DNA of 55,811 nt, counting the filler, from Jimgerdemannia flammicorona (taxonomy: Eukaryota), in the NCBI GenBank assembly GCA_003990765.1. It is 3 parts of 3 records of this genome, joined end to end, with 100 filler letters (N's around TTAATTAATTAA, not from the genome) between each part and the next. Parts side by side here need not be neighbours in the genome. Positions count along the whole stretch, not along the records: positions 37,277 to 55,811 come from RBNJ01002187.1; 2 more parts are not named here. One strand, given 5' to 3'. How positions within the stretch are numbered: position 1 is the stretch's first letter; every line of letters begins with the position of its first letter. The translations under genes and the position numbers were made by a program. Shown piece after piece: positions 37,277 through 51,639 of the stretch. The notes beneath the pieces were generated by a model. That model saw nothing but the letters and a program-made list of their open reading frames with translations, made no database searches and was not told where the DNA came from.

Positions 37277-40200
37277 TACAGTATCACCTCCCACTATCTT
37301 ATCTCCATAGAAGAGCCTCTTCTCATATCATTATAAATAAAGACTATCTTTTTACCCACCACTCCAACTTTCCCCTCACTCTGCCCATATATTTTCTCCA
37401 CCAAGTGGCACTGCTGTCCTCCCTGCAGACCCCATCCCAGCCACCAGCCTGTCAATATGTCCTCCATCAACCCCTCCCACCTTGCCAACTGCTCCCCCAA
37501 ACTCAAACTCTTTCTTTCCTCAAATACAAACAGCCAGTGACCTGCCAGTCCCACCCATACTGCTAACACCCAACCCAAAGTCAGTCACTCCTTCCCCACC
37601 CCTCCCACTAATCTGTCTCTCAGATCCTTCCATCAACCCTGCTTACCATCCCCCCTATATACAGCACCCAATCTATTCCCAACTACTAACCAGAAATCAC
37701 CAAGTACCTTGTACTCCCCCAGCCAATGTTCTGACATCTGCATAATTCCCTGTCCTGACCCACATTATAGCACTCCTTACAGTCAAAGTTCCCCCCCTCC
37801 ACAAGGTGGTCTGAGTGAAAGTTGAGCATAACATTCCTCCACAGCATGCACTACCAAACTACCCAGTACTTGAGTGGCAATCATTATCTCACCTCTGTAC
37901 TCTAGGTCCAGACTCTATTCCAGTCCCACTTCTTACTAATTCCCACCATCTGCCAGCTGCTTGGCCATACATTCTGTCCCATTCCCCTCTGGTACTCTAC
38001 TCTATCACCAATATCAAAGTCTATAAGAAGAGTACCCCTCAACAACACTCAATTCCATATCCACATTACTGGGCCCCAAGGCACCTCTCCCTCATCCCTC
38101 TGTTAGTGAATTCTAATATGGTGAGCCCCATCTACTACTCCTCACCAGAAGCTCTTAAATCTCATACATCTACTATTTTAAAGCTCTACCAAGAATAATA
38201 AATCCCCAGTAGTTCCTCTCAGTAAGCACCTTATCTCTCAGATCTTCTTCATCAGAGGAACTCAGCTACCACTCCTTAGTTCCACTGCTCTCTTCAACCA
38301 CTATGCTCTCAGACAATGCAACCTCTTTGAGAAGTCAACCAGCCAATCTTTGGCCAGCTTCAATAGCCTCTTCACCACCTAGGCTGGAAAGTCCAGATAG
38401 TATGCCAAATACTACATCTTCAGTAGTCAGTAGATATTCAAAATCATAATGCACCCTGTCAAGGAAAGGTGGTAGTCTCTCCAATCTCAAGGACCTCCCC
38501 CCAGATAGCCACTTATCACTCTTACCAAGATTGTAACAGAACTGACCCATATATGGAGATATAGATGCCTAAATATCTCACCACCACTCTAGTAGGGATA
38601 ATTGTTCCAATAACATCCCCTTCCACCAGACCATCATCTAACACCATTGTTTTGTACTTGTACTAGTTAAGTTTAGCCCCAGAGTGTACCTTATATCACT
38701 TTACTGTTTTCTGGAGTTCCTCAACATTAGCAATCAACCCCAGACCAATCACTATATTATCTGCAAAGACTCCCACCTTCCATACAATGCTGAATATAGA
38801 GAGCCCTGCAATCTTCTACCTAATCCTATTCATCAAAGGCTCCAAGAACAGTACATATAAGATAGGAGACAGTAGGTCCCCCTGAGGAATACTCCTCTCT
38901 AGAGAGAATACTACCCCCCTATGCTTATTACATATGAGCACTGCTCTACTCCCTTTCAGTAGGCTGACTATTGCTACTTAGAACTACTGAGAGATACCAA
39001 TCCTGTTCAGAACCTTCACCAGCCAGACTTGCTGTACCCAGTCATATGCTTTCTTCTGATCTAAGAAGACCAATCTCCCATTCAGTCCACAGGCTTAAGC
39101 CTCTTCAATAACACTATGTACCCAGGCCATACCATCTCTAATAAGCCAGTCCCTTATAAAACCCTGCTGCTCCTCACCCAAAACTTACTGAGCCACCTTC
39201 TATAGCTATATCACCACCATATTAGTGACCAGCTTCCTGTCTATGTCCAGTAGTATGATGGGCCACCAGTTTCTCTAGTCCTCCCTCCTACCCTTACCAT
39301 TAAAGAGCAGAACCACTAGCCCCAGATCCTGCTCCCCCCCCTATCTCTTGGACTATAGTACTAAGTCACAAAGTGCCATCAACTCCCCCATCACTTCAGG
39401 TATATCTAACATCTTCTTCCAAAAGTCCCAGGGCAGACCATCTTCTCCTGGTGCCATGCCCAGTATAGTCATAACAAGAATCTGGCAAATTTTCTCTACC
39501 TGAACTGATACTACCAAACTGTCCAGCCCATCAACCTATAGTGGGTGTCATTCCTCCAAAGCACATTCTATGATAGCAGCATCAGCCCCACCCTCCTTCT
39601 CACTCCACAAACTACTCCACCTCTCCTTCAATAAGCCCAGAATATCTTATGAACCATGCACCAGTAGAACACCAGAATCAAGAACCCCTTCCCATTGCTA
39701 CTTCACTCATCTTGCCTGAAGAGTCCTTGAAAGATATCTAGAGGTCCTCTCTTCTTCCTCCAGCCCCTTCCAGTGTAGTCTTACAGCCAGACCCTACACT
39801 GTCATCTCCTCCTCCTTCCTCAACATCTGTTGTAACTCCACAACCTCCAGCTTCACTCTTATCACTCTCCAGTCCTCTACCCTCTCCAGGGCCAAGAGAC
39901 CAGCCCAGTCCTCTAGAAGTTCAGCCAATTTAGCAGAAGCCCAGGCCATCCTCCTCCTCCTCTGTCTTCCTGTCACCTTACTAGCTACACTCCAGTAAAC
40001 CCTAGCAGCCTCCTTCAACCTCACCTACCAGACTCCAACCATAGCCCCCTTCTGTACCCAGCCCTCTATTCACTGCTGAATGTCCTCCATCTACTTGTCC
40101 CACAAGCCCTTCTCAGCCAACAAAGGGGAATTGAGACACCAATATCCAGGTCCATCTCCACTCCCTCCAAAATGTCTCTGCCCCAATAGTCTCCAATGAT

Positions 40201-42970
40201 CAGACCATAGACATCACTCAGTCTCTAGTGACTTCCAAACATCCAAGCCCCAATAGTCCACTGTTAGCATCCTGTCAATCCTCATATCCAGACCATATAT
40301 ATACCCTCCAATCACTCCAGAACCCCCTGCCAGTATTCATCAGAGCACTCAACCTCTCTACTTCCTACCATATCTCCAATCTCCCACTCTTGCCTACAGT
40401 CCCCCACCCTCTGTCAGTCCTATCCACCAATACCTCCTGGACCATATTAAAGTCTCCTCCAAGAATGTCCACTCCAGCCCCCACAAGGGTCCCACTCTCC
40501 AGAAGTCCCTTCACCCAGTCTACTCTCTCACCACACACAGTAGAGCAGTAACAGGACTCCACTATAACCAGCTCCCAACCTGGTTGAATCTACTCTCTCC
40601 AGACCAGCCTATCCCCTCAGCTCCTTCATATCTCCCCTCTGTCCCTCTATACTAAGATCCCAATCTTTTTCTTCCAAACTGCCACACCTCTCTATTCTAT
40701 CATCCAATTTAGTCTGTCTAAGTCATCTTTATATCTAATATCCTACAGAAGAAAGAGATCAGCCTCCAAGCTCTTTAACCAAGTAAAAATATTCTGACAC
40801 CTAATCAAACTTTACAGCCCATTCATATTCAAAGGAAAAATATTCATTATACTACTTATAAGAAATAATGTTAAGAGTTATATCTACTCTCTACAACTCT
40901 ACATCCATTCTTTCCTGAGCCAAGTCCAAGTTGTGTTCTCCAGCCACTGCCTCCTCTTCAACTCTTCTCACCTTCAATCCAATCAGAAGTTCAGTTAATT
41001 CCCCATTCTCCTTTTCCTCAAAATCCTTATGATACTCCAGACAGGCCTCCTACTAGAGCTGCAATCCATAACACTCTGTCTAACAGAAGGCAGTCTACTC
41101 ACCAGCAGTAACTGCCAGCTCAGCCTCCCTCTCCTTATTAACCTCATACCCTTCTTCTCTAGGAAAACTACAAGCACCTCTGCCTTCAGTGTCTCCACCA
41201 CTCTATCACTATACAGGACTCATGCCCAATGCTCATCACTCATCACTCTCAGGTCCACTTCTCCCAACTCTTCAGCTGTGAAGTTGTTCATTATCCAGCA
41301 TATCCATAGTAGGTTTCTCACCTCCTTCCTCCCTGAAGTTGCTAGCCTTCCTTCACTCAGCATCAAGATATCTGTCTCTGTACTTGCAGTCTCATCTCAC
41401 TTCTCTAGGATATCCACTAGTTCATCCTCACCAGCCACCACTATCTGTCCCCCCTTTGCTACCTCAGGAACTCCAAAGTGCACTTACTAGATACTGCACA
41501 TTGGCACATCCTCTGCTGCCTGGCCTCTCACAGCTAGTCCTCATCTGATAAGAGAAGGAGGAGTATCCTCTCAGACTTCAAACATATCATCCTCATACAG
41601 GTCCTTGCTCAGTGCCTTCCTGGCCCCCTCCAGACCCACCTCTACATTCTCTCCACTTCTGCTGGTCTAGACACTCACTTTGGCTCCTTCAGTATCCTCA
41701 CTACTACCAGCAGCCCTCTTCACCTCTCCCTCTAGTTTTGCCAGCAACTCCGTCTGCCTCTTGCATCCTTAGGACCTCTCCCACAGCCTCTTATCTACTC
41801 AGACACACTTCTCATCAACAATCTCCAAGTGTGTCAACTCTATATATGTCTTTCAAGCCTTTGCCCTCTACTCTACTATATCACTCAGCTCCTCCAGCAC
41901 CTCCAACAGATCCTCTTCCTCCTCCTCACTCCTCTTCACCCTCATTATCTTGTATACAAAGGCTCCCCACACCATTACTGAAGGCCAATCACAAGCCTTT
42001 CCAGTAGCCTCTCTCTCTGCTAACTGAATCTGGACATCAATATCCTCTGTCCAGAAGGAGGTCTCTTCTCAGACCCTGAACCCTATATCAACTACCTCCC
42101 CATACTTGGCTATGACTTTCTCAACTCTCCTTCTCATCTCTACCACAGCCACCATAGGAACTCCTTTCACCAGAAGCTGTACCACTCTAGGATTCCACCT
42201 CAAGCAGTATACCATTGGGACACATATCTCTCCAACCATCAACTCAGCCTTCATTGCATCCTCTAATGGCCCAGCCTCCTCAAAATCCACCTCTACCCCT
42301 TCCAGGCCCCAGAAACTTAACAGATACTGCACCTTCTATCTGCTTTGTGAATAGCCCTAGGACTATTTTTACCATTACTACCAAGCTCCAGAAGTATAAG
42401 GTAACTGCAAACTCTGAGATTGACTTCTTGAGTAATGGGGCCACTGTCAGACCTATTATACCACTGGCTAGGTCACTAGGCCTTGTGCTCTTTCCACAAC
42501 TCAGTCTATCATCAGTAGTCCTATCTAGATTTTTTTCCAGATTGCCCATCATGCTTCCATCAGCAAGCACTCTCTCAGCTGCTATACTTCCAGCCCCCCT
42601 ACTCTGGCTCTCCAGAGGGACTCCTCCCTGCAGCTGCTGCCCCACATTCATTGCCATCTCCTTGCCCCTCCTCAGCCAACCTTCCAGTCCAGTTCTTTCC
42701 TTCACCTTATTAGCAAAGCTCACCCTCCTGATTCCCTGTCCTCCCACACTGCTTTCTCCTCTTCCACATCCACCTGTCAGTAGGCCCCTCATGCTTCCCC
42801 CCAAGCTAGGGCCCCTCTCCACATACTGCCAGTCAAATGCACTTGGGCCCCCCTGCCCAGTATGCACCTTGGAACACTCATTGCTCACTATGTTACTAGT
42901 ATCATTTCTCCAAAAACTGTGTTGTGAGTGTTGTCAGAAGGTTGTGTAACCTGAATGTTACTGGAGAAAG
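37277..42970 (-). mobile_element. L1/Tx1-like LINE copy 2, full-length but degenerate
   Basis: Colinear with copy 1 from the 5' UTR (GGTTGTGTAA..CTGA) through ORF1 (GQGGPSAFDWQ) and ORF2 (ILGGDFNMV; LTGWWLGWG). Many stops and essentially no CpG. Confidence 0.9.
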
Positions 42971-45099
42971 ACAGATATGACAATGATGAGGTATGTATCT
43001 GTCCAGGCAGAACAGCTTCCCATTGTTCAGATCTATGAACATCATAGTGTAGTCATACGGACTTTGTTGATGACATCAATTATGGGACGTTCTTGGGGAA
43101 CTTTTTGATCACACCTTTGGCCATGAGCAATTGAGGGGATACCAGACGAAAAAACGACTACTGCGATTGCGGCGCGACTGGGGCAATTGGTGGACCTAGT
43201 CACATGTCCTTGATGGTGCGAAAGAGTTCTATGAAACATGATACTTATGATGCGGAAAACGCCTAGGTGTCAAAACTATGGGGTAGACGAGTAAGATGTT
43301 TCCCTACATTCTGAATTAAATGTAGATATGAACGTTTTTAATAGTGTAGGTTTTGATTAAAGCGAAAGAATAGAGTCCATATTTTAAGCATAGAAAATAA
43401 GCTATTACAACAATTCTACCCATAGTGCACATTCGGCCCCAACACCTCCCTCAGCGCACCCACCATATCCATTCCCCCGCTGCACTTCGTCGTCGGCATA
43501 AAGAAGGTAGCGTCCATCCCATCGGTCAAACAATTCCTTCCAGCCACAAACGCGCGGATCCCACACGCGCCATGCTTCCACACTCTTCCCACACGTCGAC
43601 GGCCTCAAACGGCCGTCACAGGGTCGTCGCACATGTCCATCTTTGCATGCCACCCGTCAAACAAAATGGAGCTCATCTTCTGCAGCCGACCGGACGTCCA
43701 AATAGAATTTGGTTTGGCCGAGCCGCTGAGATCGAGAAGATGTAGTCTGAGAGAAGCGCGAGGAAATCTAGCCGCGCGTGCTAAAGATTTTGAGGTTGGA
43801 GAGGCTAGAGAGCACAACAAAAAGGAGGAAGAAAATGGCAAGCACCGATGCGAAACTAAATGACCAAAGAACGGGAGAACTGCGTGAGCGTTTGGAGGAT
43901 GAAGACGTAGAGGTTGGCTGAATTGGTGCATTTGTGCACAGGCGAAAGGGATGCATGAGCGCGATGCTGCATGAATATGAAGTGGAGATCTCGAGAGGAA
44001 ATTCTGATCAATGGAAGGTTGTAGTTTGATGATTGTGTTGTGCTAGAAGATGTGTCGCTGTGGTGGTGCAGGAAAAAATCACACAGGCAAACATATGATC
44101 AACACAACGGCTTTTCAATGTACTTTAAAAAACGTTCAGCCAATGCACACTGACCATTTGTGAATAGCTCAAATGACACGCGTGGAATTAGAAGGTCTCA
44201 ATGTAACTTACCAGCCCTGGTCAGTAAAAATTCTGTTTTAAATGAAGGTCCTGATATATCTGACCACATCATACCATGAATGATTGCTATACAATAAATA
44301 CCTACATATATTATCCAACAGGTTCAATGACACATCTTCGTGTCCTTTCACATCGCATACAGAATTGACTAGCTAGTGCGAACAGTGGTCGATCAATTAC
44401 TGTAACTACTGTACAAGAATGAAACAAAATTTACAAAGACCACACCTTCAGCTCTAGGCCCTCTTCTTCCATATGCCTTTTCCCTCTCCGACTGTCTACC
44501 GAACTTGTTGAGCTTTACATTTATCATTTTCCCAAAACTGGCGCCATCAACACATGTTTTGTCAATTGTCTCGTGTTTGGCCACCATTGGATTCAACATC
44601 CTTACTTCAATCCTCTCGGCGACCCAGATGATGAGGTAATCACCCACCAGAATCATCCTGTGACTCCGCATTCGGCGTGTCTCTCTCAAGCTTCGATCTG
44701 CTCGGCGACTGGGGTGATGAATCAGAACCACTCCATGACACCGCGTCTCTGGTTTGACAATACAGGTGATAAGGTAATCACTCCACCAGAAACTCATTGC
44801 GACTCTGCATTCGATATCTTCTGCTTTAATCTGTTTGGCGAACCAGGTTATGAGGCAATCACCCCACCATGTGACTCCCCAAGGACTTCTGTTCAAAAAG
44901 GCAATATAAATTGAGTCAAGTTTAATACCCCAGAAAGAGAGGAAGTACGAATGAATTCCAAAAACTTAAACTTAATACTGACCCTGTAAAAGCCCATGCC
45001 CTGCGTCAGATTCAATGCCGTCCTTCTTTCCTTCGTTTTGCTTTTCCTTATTTTCGAATGTCCCGCAAATTAGCATCGATCGATGTAGAGAGAGCTGTC

Positions 45100-46040
45100 G
45101 CATATTTATCACTACATTCACTCTATTACTAAGCGAATTTCAGGAACACTCAGTATTGATAACAGGAATATCGCGGAGAGCAGTGTCCAGCGGTAAACGC
45201 TCCCGAACGGATTTCGAGATTATTGTGGTGATTCAGAATATTGACAAATTTAAGGTCGAAAGAGAGAGAATATACACACAGATGTGAAGTTGCAAGATGG
45301 CTGGTGTTGGAAAGCAGCCATTGGGGGAAGTGACGTTGAATGTGTCCGAAGGAGAGCATGTAACCAGGTGATACGGTAGAAGAAAGGGCCCACCGGAGAG
45401 AGTTTGCAGCGGGCGAGCTACCCTGCATGTAATCGGTAACTCCACGAAACTCAAGATATCCCAGCGCGAGATTGCTGTATAAAATCGCATCGACAATCTG
45501 TGGCAAAGCACTATTCCAGTTCGAGATATTGATGTGACGTAGGATTTCACAGCAATAGATGGCATCGATAAAAGATTTGTCGTTATTGAAGTTCACTCCC
45601 ATAAAATCCAGCTGGGTAATGGAAGACTTGGCGGCGTTGGTGATCAAAGCGCGATATTACACCATCGCACGTTGAGCCTACGGTGGTTAATCAATCTTAA
45701 CCCGATATGATGTCTTGCGGTGCCGGAAGAATACAAGCACTGGAGGTTCGGTAATCATTCCGGAATGCTCGATGCTGATGTCAATGAGTGGAAGACACGA
45801 ACTGAACAGTATCCCAAGAAATTTGTTCGCCATATTCCTGGCAATTCGAAGACTCCCAATGCATCTTCGGACCATCACATAACCTCACTCACTCCTCCAT
45901 ACAACAACGTTGGCACACAAGGTCACTGGCTCTTCTCCCCTTTTTACTACTATCGCCCCCCTTTTACTGATACATAGTTGGTGAATAGACTAAGGCTTTC
46001 TCAAATGCCTCCCCAGTCCGTTGTTCAACGAAGAGTTTAT
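45100..46040 (-). pseudogene. F-box/LRR-like gene relic
   Basis: LVCQRCC (F-box end-like) at ~45905-45922, then LRR-like segments LPNLQCL, RRLNVRWC, ITQLDF, LRHINISN and LGYLEF, with stops and frameshifts. Confidence 0.4.
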
Positions 46041-46409
46041 TGTTGGTGAGAGCGTGGGTGTGGGTGTAGGTGTTTGTGACAGGCCCAGTTCCAACATACC
46101 ATTGATATTTTAGCGTTCGAGTTCAGAGAATAGGTTTTTAATCTATTTAATTTTTTTTGTATATATTTTTATTACCTTAATATGTATGTTGTCTATAAAC
46201 GAATAAATGAGATCAGTTTATAGTGTGTTTGGGCATATAGCGGTACAATAAGGCGTTTGTCCTCATCATCGTAGGACGGCTTTGTACTGACGTGTGCGGA
46301 CAGCTAATTCAAAGCCCTGGACGTGTCACATGTTGGTCACATGTTTTGTTTATGGTGGCGCCACACGTCCTCTTCTTCCTATATTGTCTCAAACAAATCA
46401 CGGCCTAGA

Positions 46410-48325
46410 ACATTGCACAGGCAAATCATACCAGTGTGCTTCAAATTCTAACTTGGTCCTGCAGTCCGGAGAGCATCCTACCGCGCTGCGAACGTAAACC
46501 TCAGGCGAGCTGGACACCTTGTGGGAAGGATAAATCCAAAAGGAATTTGGCAGCAAAACTTGAGAGATGCATTAAAAGACCAAAGAAGAGAAAAAGCGGA
46601 ACGCCGAGATAAGGGAGGAAGCGCTTGAGAAGAAGAGGAAGAGGAAGATGGAGGAGAGGTATGTAAAGTCTGGCTGGATCTCTGTCGTATGAGGGCTATG
46701 AGAATTTTTCTGGTTCCCCTGGGGTTTGTGATTGGCACCAATTTTCCCTTTCTTAACAACCCAATCACCATCCAACACATTCCGATTCAACAGCGCCTTC
46801 GGCAAAGGATGTAGATACAACTCCGTCCTCGCCGCCACGATGAGCTCATCCTGGCCTTCGTACACGACTACCAGGGCAATCAGGGCAGGGCGTGATCTGC
46901 AGCATGGCCGATGACGTCCTCGAAACCCTCAAGACCGATACCCTCAATGATCTGGAAAGAAGCTCACTGTCGAGGCCGTCATTGGGCCCGTCGCCATGGA
47001 GCGTTTCGCCTAGCTCGTCAACCTCGGCAAGAAGATCACCGCCTACTCTAAGGACGCCGAGGGCGGTGCCGGGCGCCAGCGGGATGGACGTGGACCAGAA
47101 TGGGGATCGCATCAGGGAAATTGACGACGAGCTCGGTATGGCAGTTGTGTTCGATGAGGGAGAGTACAAGGACCAGTACGAGGTCAGGGACGAGAACGAT
47201 GAGCGCGAAGAGGGACAGGAGGCGCAGGTCTCGGGATGTTTGACGACACGAGCCAGTGGAGGCGGTAGCGGCGAGGACAATGACGACAAGAACCGGATAG
47301 TACTTCCTGGCGCACGAACAGAATAGGGCGGCAAGCGGGTAGCGTCTGGCGGTGCAGGGGGCACGGGGGGCAAGGTAGACAGCTCAGCGAGAAGAACTCA
47401 TCCCGCACGACATTGACGCCTTCTGGTTGCAGCGCATAGTGGCGTCCTACTACCCAGATCCACACACCGCACAAGAAAAGACCGCTACCACCATGTGCCT
47501 CCTGGAGTTCGATGGGATCAACACCAGCGACTGCGAGAATGAACTCATGGGCCTGTTCAACTACGACAAGTCCGAGCTCGCCAAAATCCTTACTCGGCAC
47601 CGCGAGATCATCGTTTCGTGCACCCGTCTGGAAAGGGCCGGTACGAGCCTTGCCGATGGCAACAACATTGGGACCCAGATGAGGGAGCGTGATCTCGACT
47701 GGACCCCCAGAGACCTGGGTGACGAGCCCGCGAAGCGCGGGGTGGGAAGGGCGTCATCTAGGACGCCATGGAGATCGCCGATCCGCAGCAGCAACGCGGC
47801 GCAAGTGGGAAAATGCCGCTGCCCGTCAAACATCTCATGGCCAATAAGAAGGTCAAACTTGTCTGAAAAATGACAACCAGCGCCAGAAAGACAATCGTCA
47901 TCATGCTCACCATTCTGCACGAAATCGGCAAGAACGGCTACGGACGATATCCGCCTGGACGCATTCGAGATTGTGTGTACATTGTCCCCGTGAAGGCCCT
48001 CATCCAGGAGATGGTCGCCAACTTTGGGACCCACCCCAAACCCTATGGAGTCAACGTCGCAGAGCTTGCGGGCGACCGGCAAAACTGACCAAACAGCAGA
48101 TCGCTGAAATCCAGATCATCGTCACTACCCCTGAAAAATGGGATGTCATCACCTGTAAGGCTACTGACTGCAGCTACACCAACCTCGCCTCAACATAATC
48201 GACGAGATCAATCTGTTGTACTACAGCGTGGTCCTGTGCTCAAGGGCACCGTCTCCCGCACCATACGCTACATGGAACAGACTCAAGAAGTCATCCGCCT
48301 CGTCGGGCTCTCCGCCACACAATCC
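46410..48325 (+). pseudogene. BRR2: Brr2/SNRNP200 U5 snRNP helicase pseudogene (N-terminal region, PWI and first RecA domain)
   Basis: Matches in order across frameshifts: SNSNLVLQ, GRINPK, LVNLGKKIT, EIDDELGMAVVFDE, DIDAFWLQR..DCENELMGLF (PWI), HLMANKKVKL, MLTILHEIGK, YIVPVKALIQEMV, LTKQQIAEIQIIVTTPEKWDVIT, IIDEI, RGPVL, RLVGLSAT. Internal deletions are present. An intron donor GAG|GTATGT lies at ~46659. Truncated at the AT-rich block. Confidence 0.9.
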
Positions 48326-49871
48326 TTTGTGATATATATATATCAATTATAAGTCCAGGGTTAGATTCTTCAATTTTCTTTATACATATAGTGTGTCAGC
48401 AATTTCGACCTTATTCCCTAGATATATATGATGCATCTCTTGATATATCCATTACCTACATATAATATAAGTATGTTGACAAAATAGCAAAAAGACTCTA
48501 ACAATATACTAGAGTAGTAAGACATTGTAAAATACTTGATTTACTGGTTAGAATTAGTAACCAAAAGATATCTGAGGGACCTGTTATTGAATGAGAAGCA
48601 AGATATATTAATATATTGAAGAGTATTATAGATATGAATAATATTAGCATGAGTAATACTATATATTTGACTACACTCTATAATATTAAGACACTTTAGA
48701 GTAGTGGTGAGATTTTGAAAACAGTTGAACATAAGTATACTATTCAGATAGTTGCAGTTGTCAAATTCAATAATCTCAAGAAGTTGACTTATATTACTAC
48801 TAGTATATAAGAGAGAGTCAAAAATATTAAACTATGGCTGACTAACTAGATAGAACAGATGAAGAAATTGAAGGTTAGGAAGATTTTAGATTATTTTAGA
48901 GTATTGGTTTGCTTTAATTTCTAGAATATTAGTTATATTTAAACATTTTAGAACTAGTGAACTTTCAATAGCAGTTATTAGTATTCTATTATAATATCAA
49001 TTATAGTAATAGAGAGTGAGTTGAGTGAGACTTAATTAGTAATTTGCCATAGACAAGAGGACCTTATTGGTAACTCAGATTACTAGATACTTCAATATCT
49101 TAAATGAGATAATATTCTGACAAAATTTAACAAAATAGTAGAGATAGAATTCTGAGTCTATAGATCTTATGATATCTAAAAGAGATGAGACTAGTATACT
49201 CTAGATGATATTTAATCTTATAGAGATAGTTGATCATAGCATTATAACTTAAAAAGTTGAGATAAGTATAAAATAAGTTTATATCAGAACTGTGTTATGA
49301 AGTTTCAATAAGAGTAAAATTATATATATTATATATACTGAGTCTAGACTCAGAAGTTATTATTTAGGAGAGTATTAGATTATCAATAGTAATAGTTAAT
49401 AGTTTATAATTGATGATTAATAGTTACTAGATAGTTGATAGTTAAGAGATAGTTAATAGTCAATTGAGAGCTAATAATTGATAGATGGATAAAAATAGAT
49501 AAATAGAAGATCAAGAAGTTAGTTGGTCTATAGATCTTGAGATAGACAAATTTATCAATATAGATATACAAGAGACATATCTTCTTCTCAGTTAGAGATC
49601 AGTCTCCTAATCATATATAAGAGAGCAGCTATACTGGTGTCCCTCTCTGTTTCAGAATAGGTCTGAGTACTATCCTTGATAAAGATCTTCTTAGTAGTAG
49701 TAGCATATGATATATATTTCAATAATAGAACTGTTATATTTTTTTCTTTCAGTTTTATCTTTATTAGAATTTATAAAATTACTTTATGTATCTTATCTAG
49801 CTTATCTCTACTATCTTTACTACTATTTCTTAGTAAAGTTCTAACTATAAATACAATATAAGTATCTTAAT

Positions 49872-50360
49872 AATTTTTTTATTTTTTTATTTTTTTATAT
49901 TTTTATTTTTATAATCCTATAAACTTCTATATTTATTACTATATTAATATATACTCATATAATATACAATAATCTAACCCTCTACTCAATCTCTCTAAGA
50001 GACCTCTCTCTTCTTTCCCACCCTGACTTCTTTATAATAAAATACTATCTAACTATTAATAACTATAACCCTCTTATTACTTTTCTCACATATTCTCTCT
50101 ACTAGATAGTAATGGTGACTCCTTTAGAAACCCCACCCCCTCTATCAGTCAGACATAATGTCTTCTACCTACTTCTTCCACCATACCATTCACTTCTTTA
50201 ATCTTATATATTTTCTATTCTCAAATATATATAGCTAATATCTAGCCAACCTCACTTATACTGCCAAAGTCCACCTACTAGTGAGCCACTTATCACTAAT
50301 ACACCTTACTAACTATAGCTTCAAGTCTTCTCAATAATCTTTCTATTTATTCTCTCTTAA
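49872..50360 (-). mobile_element. 3' end fragment of the same LINE family, highly degenerate
   Basis: An interrupted T-rich tail at 49872-49910 is followed by C-rich sequence resembling 18720-19150. Confidence 0.5.
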
Positions 50361-50644
50361 TAATCTTCTCTCTATTATTATATAAATCATTATCTTATAT
50401 TATTATTTATATATTCTTATATATTTTATTTATATTATTAGTTAGAAATATTTTTATAATATTATCTCAGAACTATCTCCTACTGATAATTATTTTAATA
50501 TTTAAAATATTTTAAAATAAAAAAACTAGAATATAAACCTATTAAATAAGAAATAATAATAACAATAATAATAATAACTATAATAGAAGATATATATATA
50601 TATATATATTTATATTTATTATATAGATATAAGTTTATCTATTA

Positions 50645-51464
50645 TAATAAGCCAGCAGAGAAATATACCAAGTTACTATCTAAATTAGTTATTATAATTT
50701 AGCTATATAATATTTTAGATGTACTAGACAACCAGAACTATCTTACTATATCAACTTGTATAAATAACCCAGATAGTCAAATAAGAATATAAAAATATTT
50801 TTATCTAATATAATGTATCAGAATTTGAGATTAGTATTTCTAGTTAATATGTTATATCAGAATTTGAGATTTATATTCTTAATAAGAACAGCCAAATATT
50901 ATCAGAAATAGTAATCTATAGTTAGCTATATAGTTACTAGATAACAACCACAACTACATAAAATAATCTAGAGATTTGAGTTAATAAACCTCAGTCTAAA
51001 ACATTAAAAACAAAAGCCAATTATCTGATATACTTAGGAGAAATATCTGCTAAAAGCTACTTAATTCAGAAGGATTACAATACTTAGAAGATATATCTGC
51101 CAATAAGTTACTGTCAAGAAGTTGTAAGCTTTGTCATATTTCAACTCTGGTCTACTTTCTGATATAAAGAAGTCTGCTATTTTTGAGAAATTTACTTTAA
51201 TAGAAAAGCTTACCAATTTATGAAAAATCCACATCACTCAAGTTATCTGCCAACTTAAGAAAATTTATTTTACTCAAGAAATCCAACAAGATTATCTGTA
51301 TTATATCAGATTACTATCAAATTAGGAAATTGCCAAAATTATCCAATTTGTATCAAAAACAATTGAATATTTTATTGCTTTTTGAGAAAGTAATTGAGAG
51401 CTCAAGCCAAACTATATAGTAGCTCCAACCTTATAATTTACCTCTATTGAGTTAGTATATTATA
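50645..51464 (+). mobile_element. Solo-like LTR of Gypsy family 1, opposite orientation
   Basis: The start TAATAAGCCAGCAG..AAGTTACTA.CTAAATTAG is the reverse complement of 11520-11593. The end CTCAAGCCAAACTATATAG..CCTCTATTGAG..TATTATA is the reverse complement of 10457-10530. No clear TSD. Confidence 0.7.
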
Positions 51465-51639
51465 TTTGGAAACTCAACTGGAAAGATTTTTTTTAAATTT
51501 ATATACTTTTTAGATTATAAGAACTTAACAGCCAAACTGAATACATTTGATATAATACTAATCTCTACCACTATATGAGAATAATTCATCACTAGTATTT
51601 GGATAGAAAGAGAAGTAATTACTTTAAGACTTACTAATT

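Noticed and set aside
48330..49860. Possible further DNA-transposon ORF in the AT-rich block
   Set aside because: It is too mutated to assign motifs by eye.
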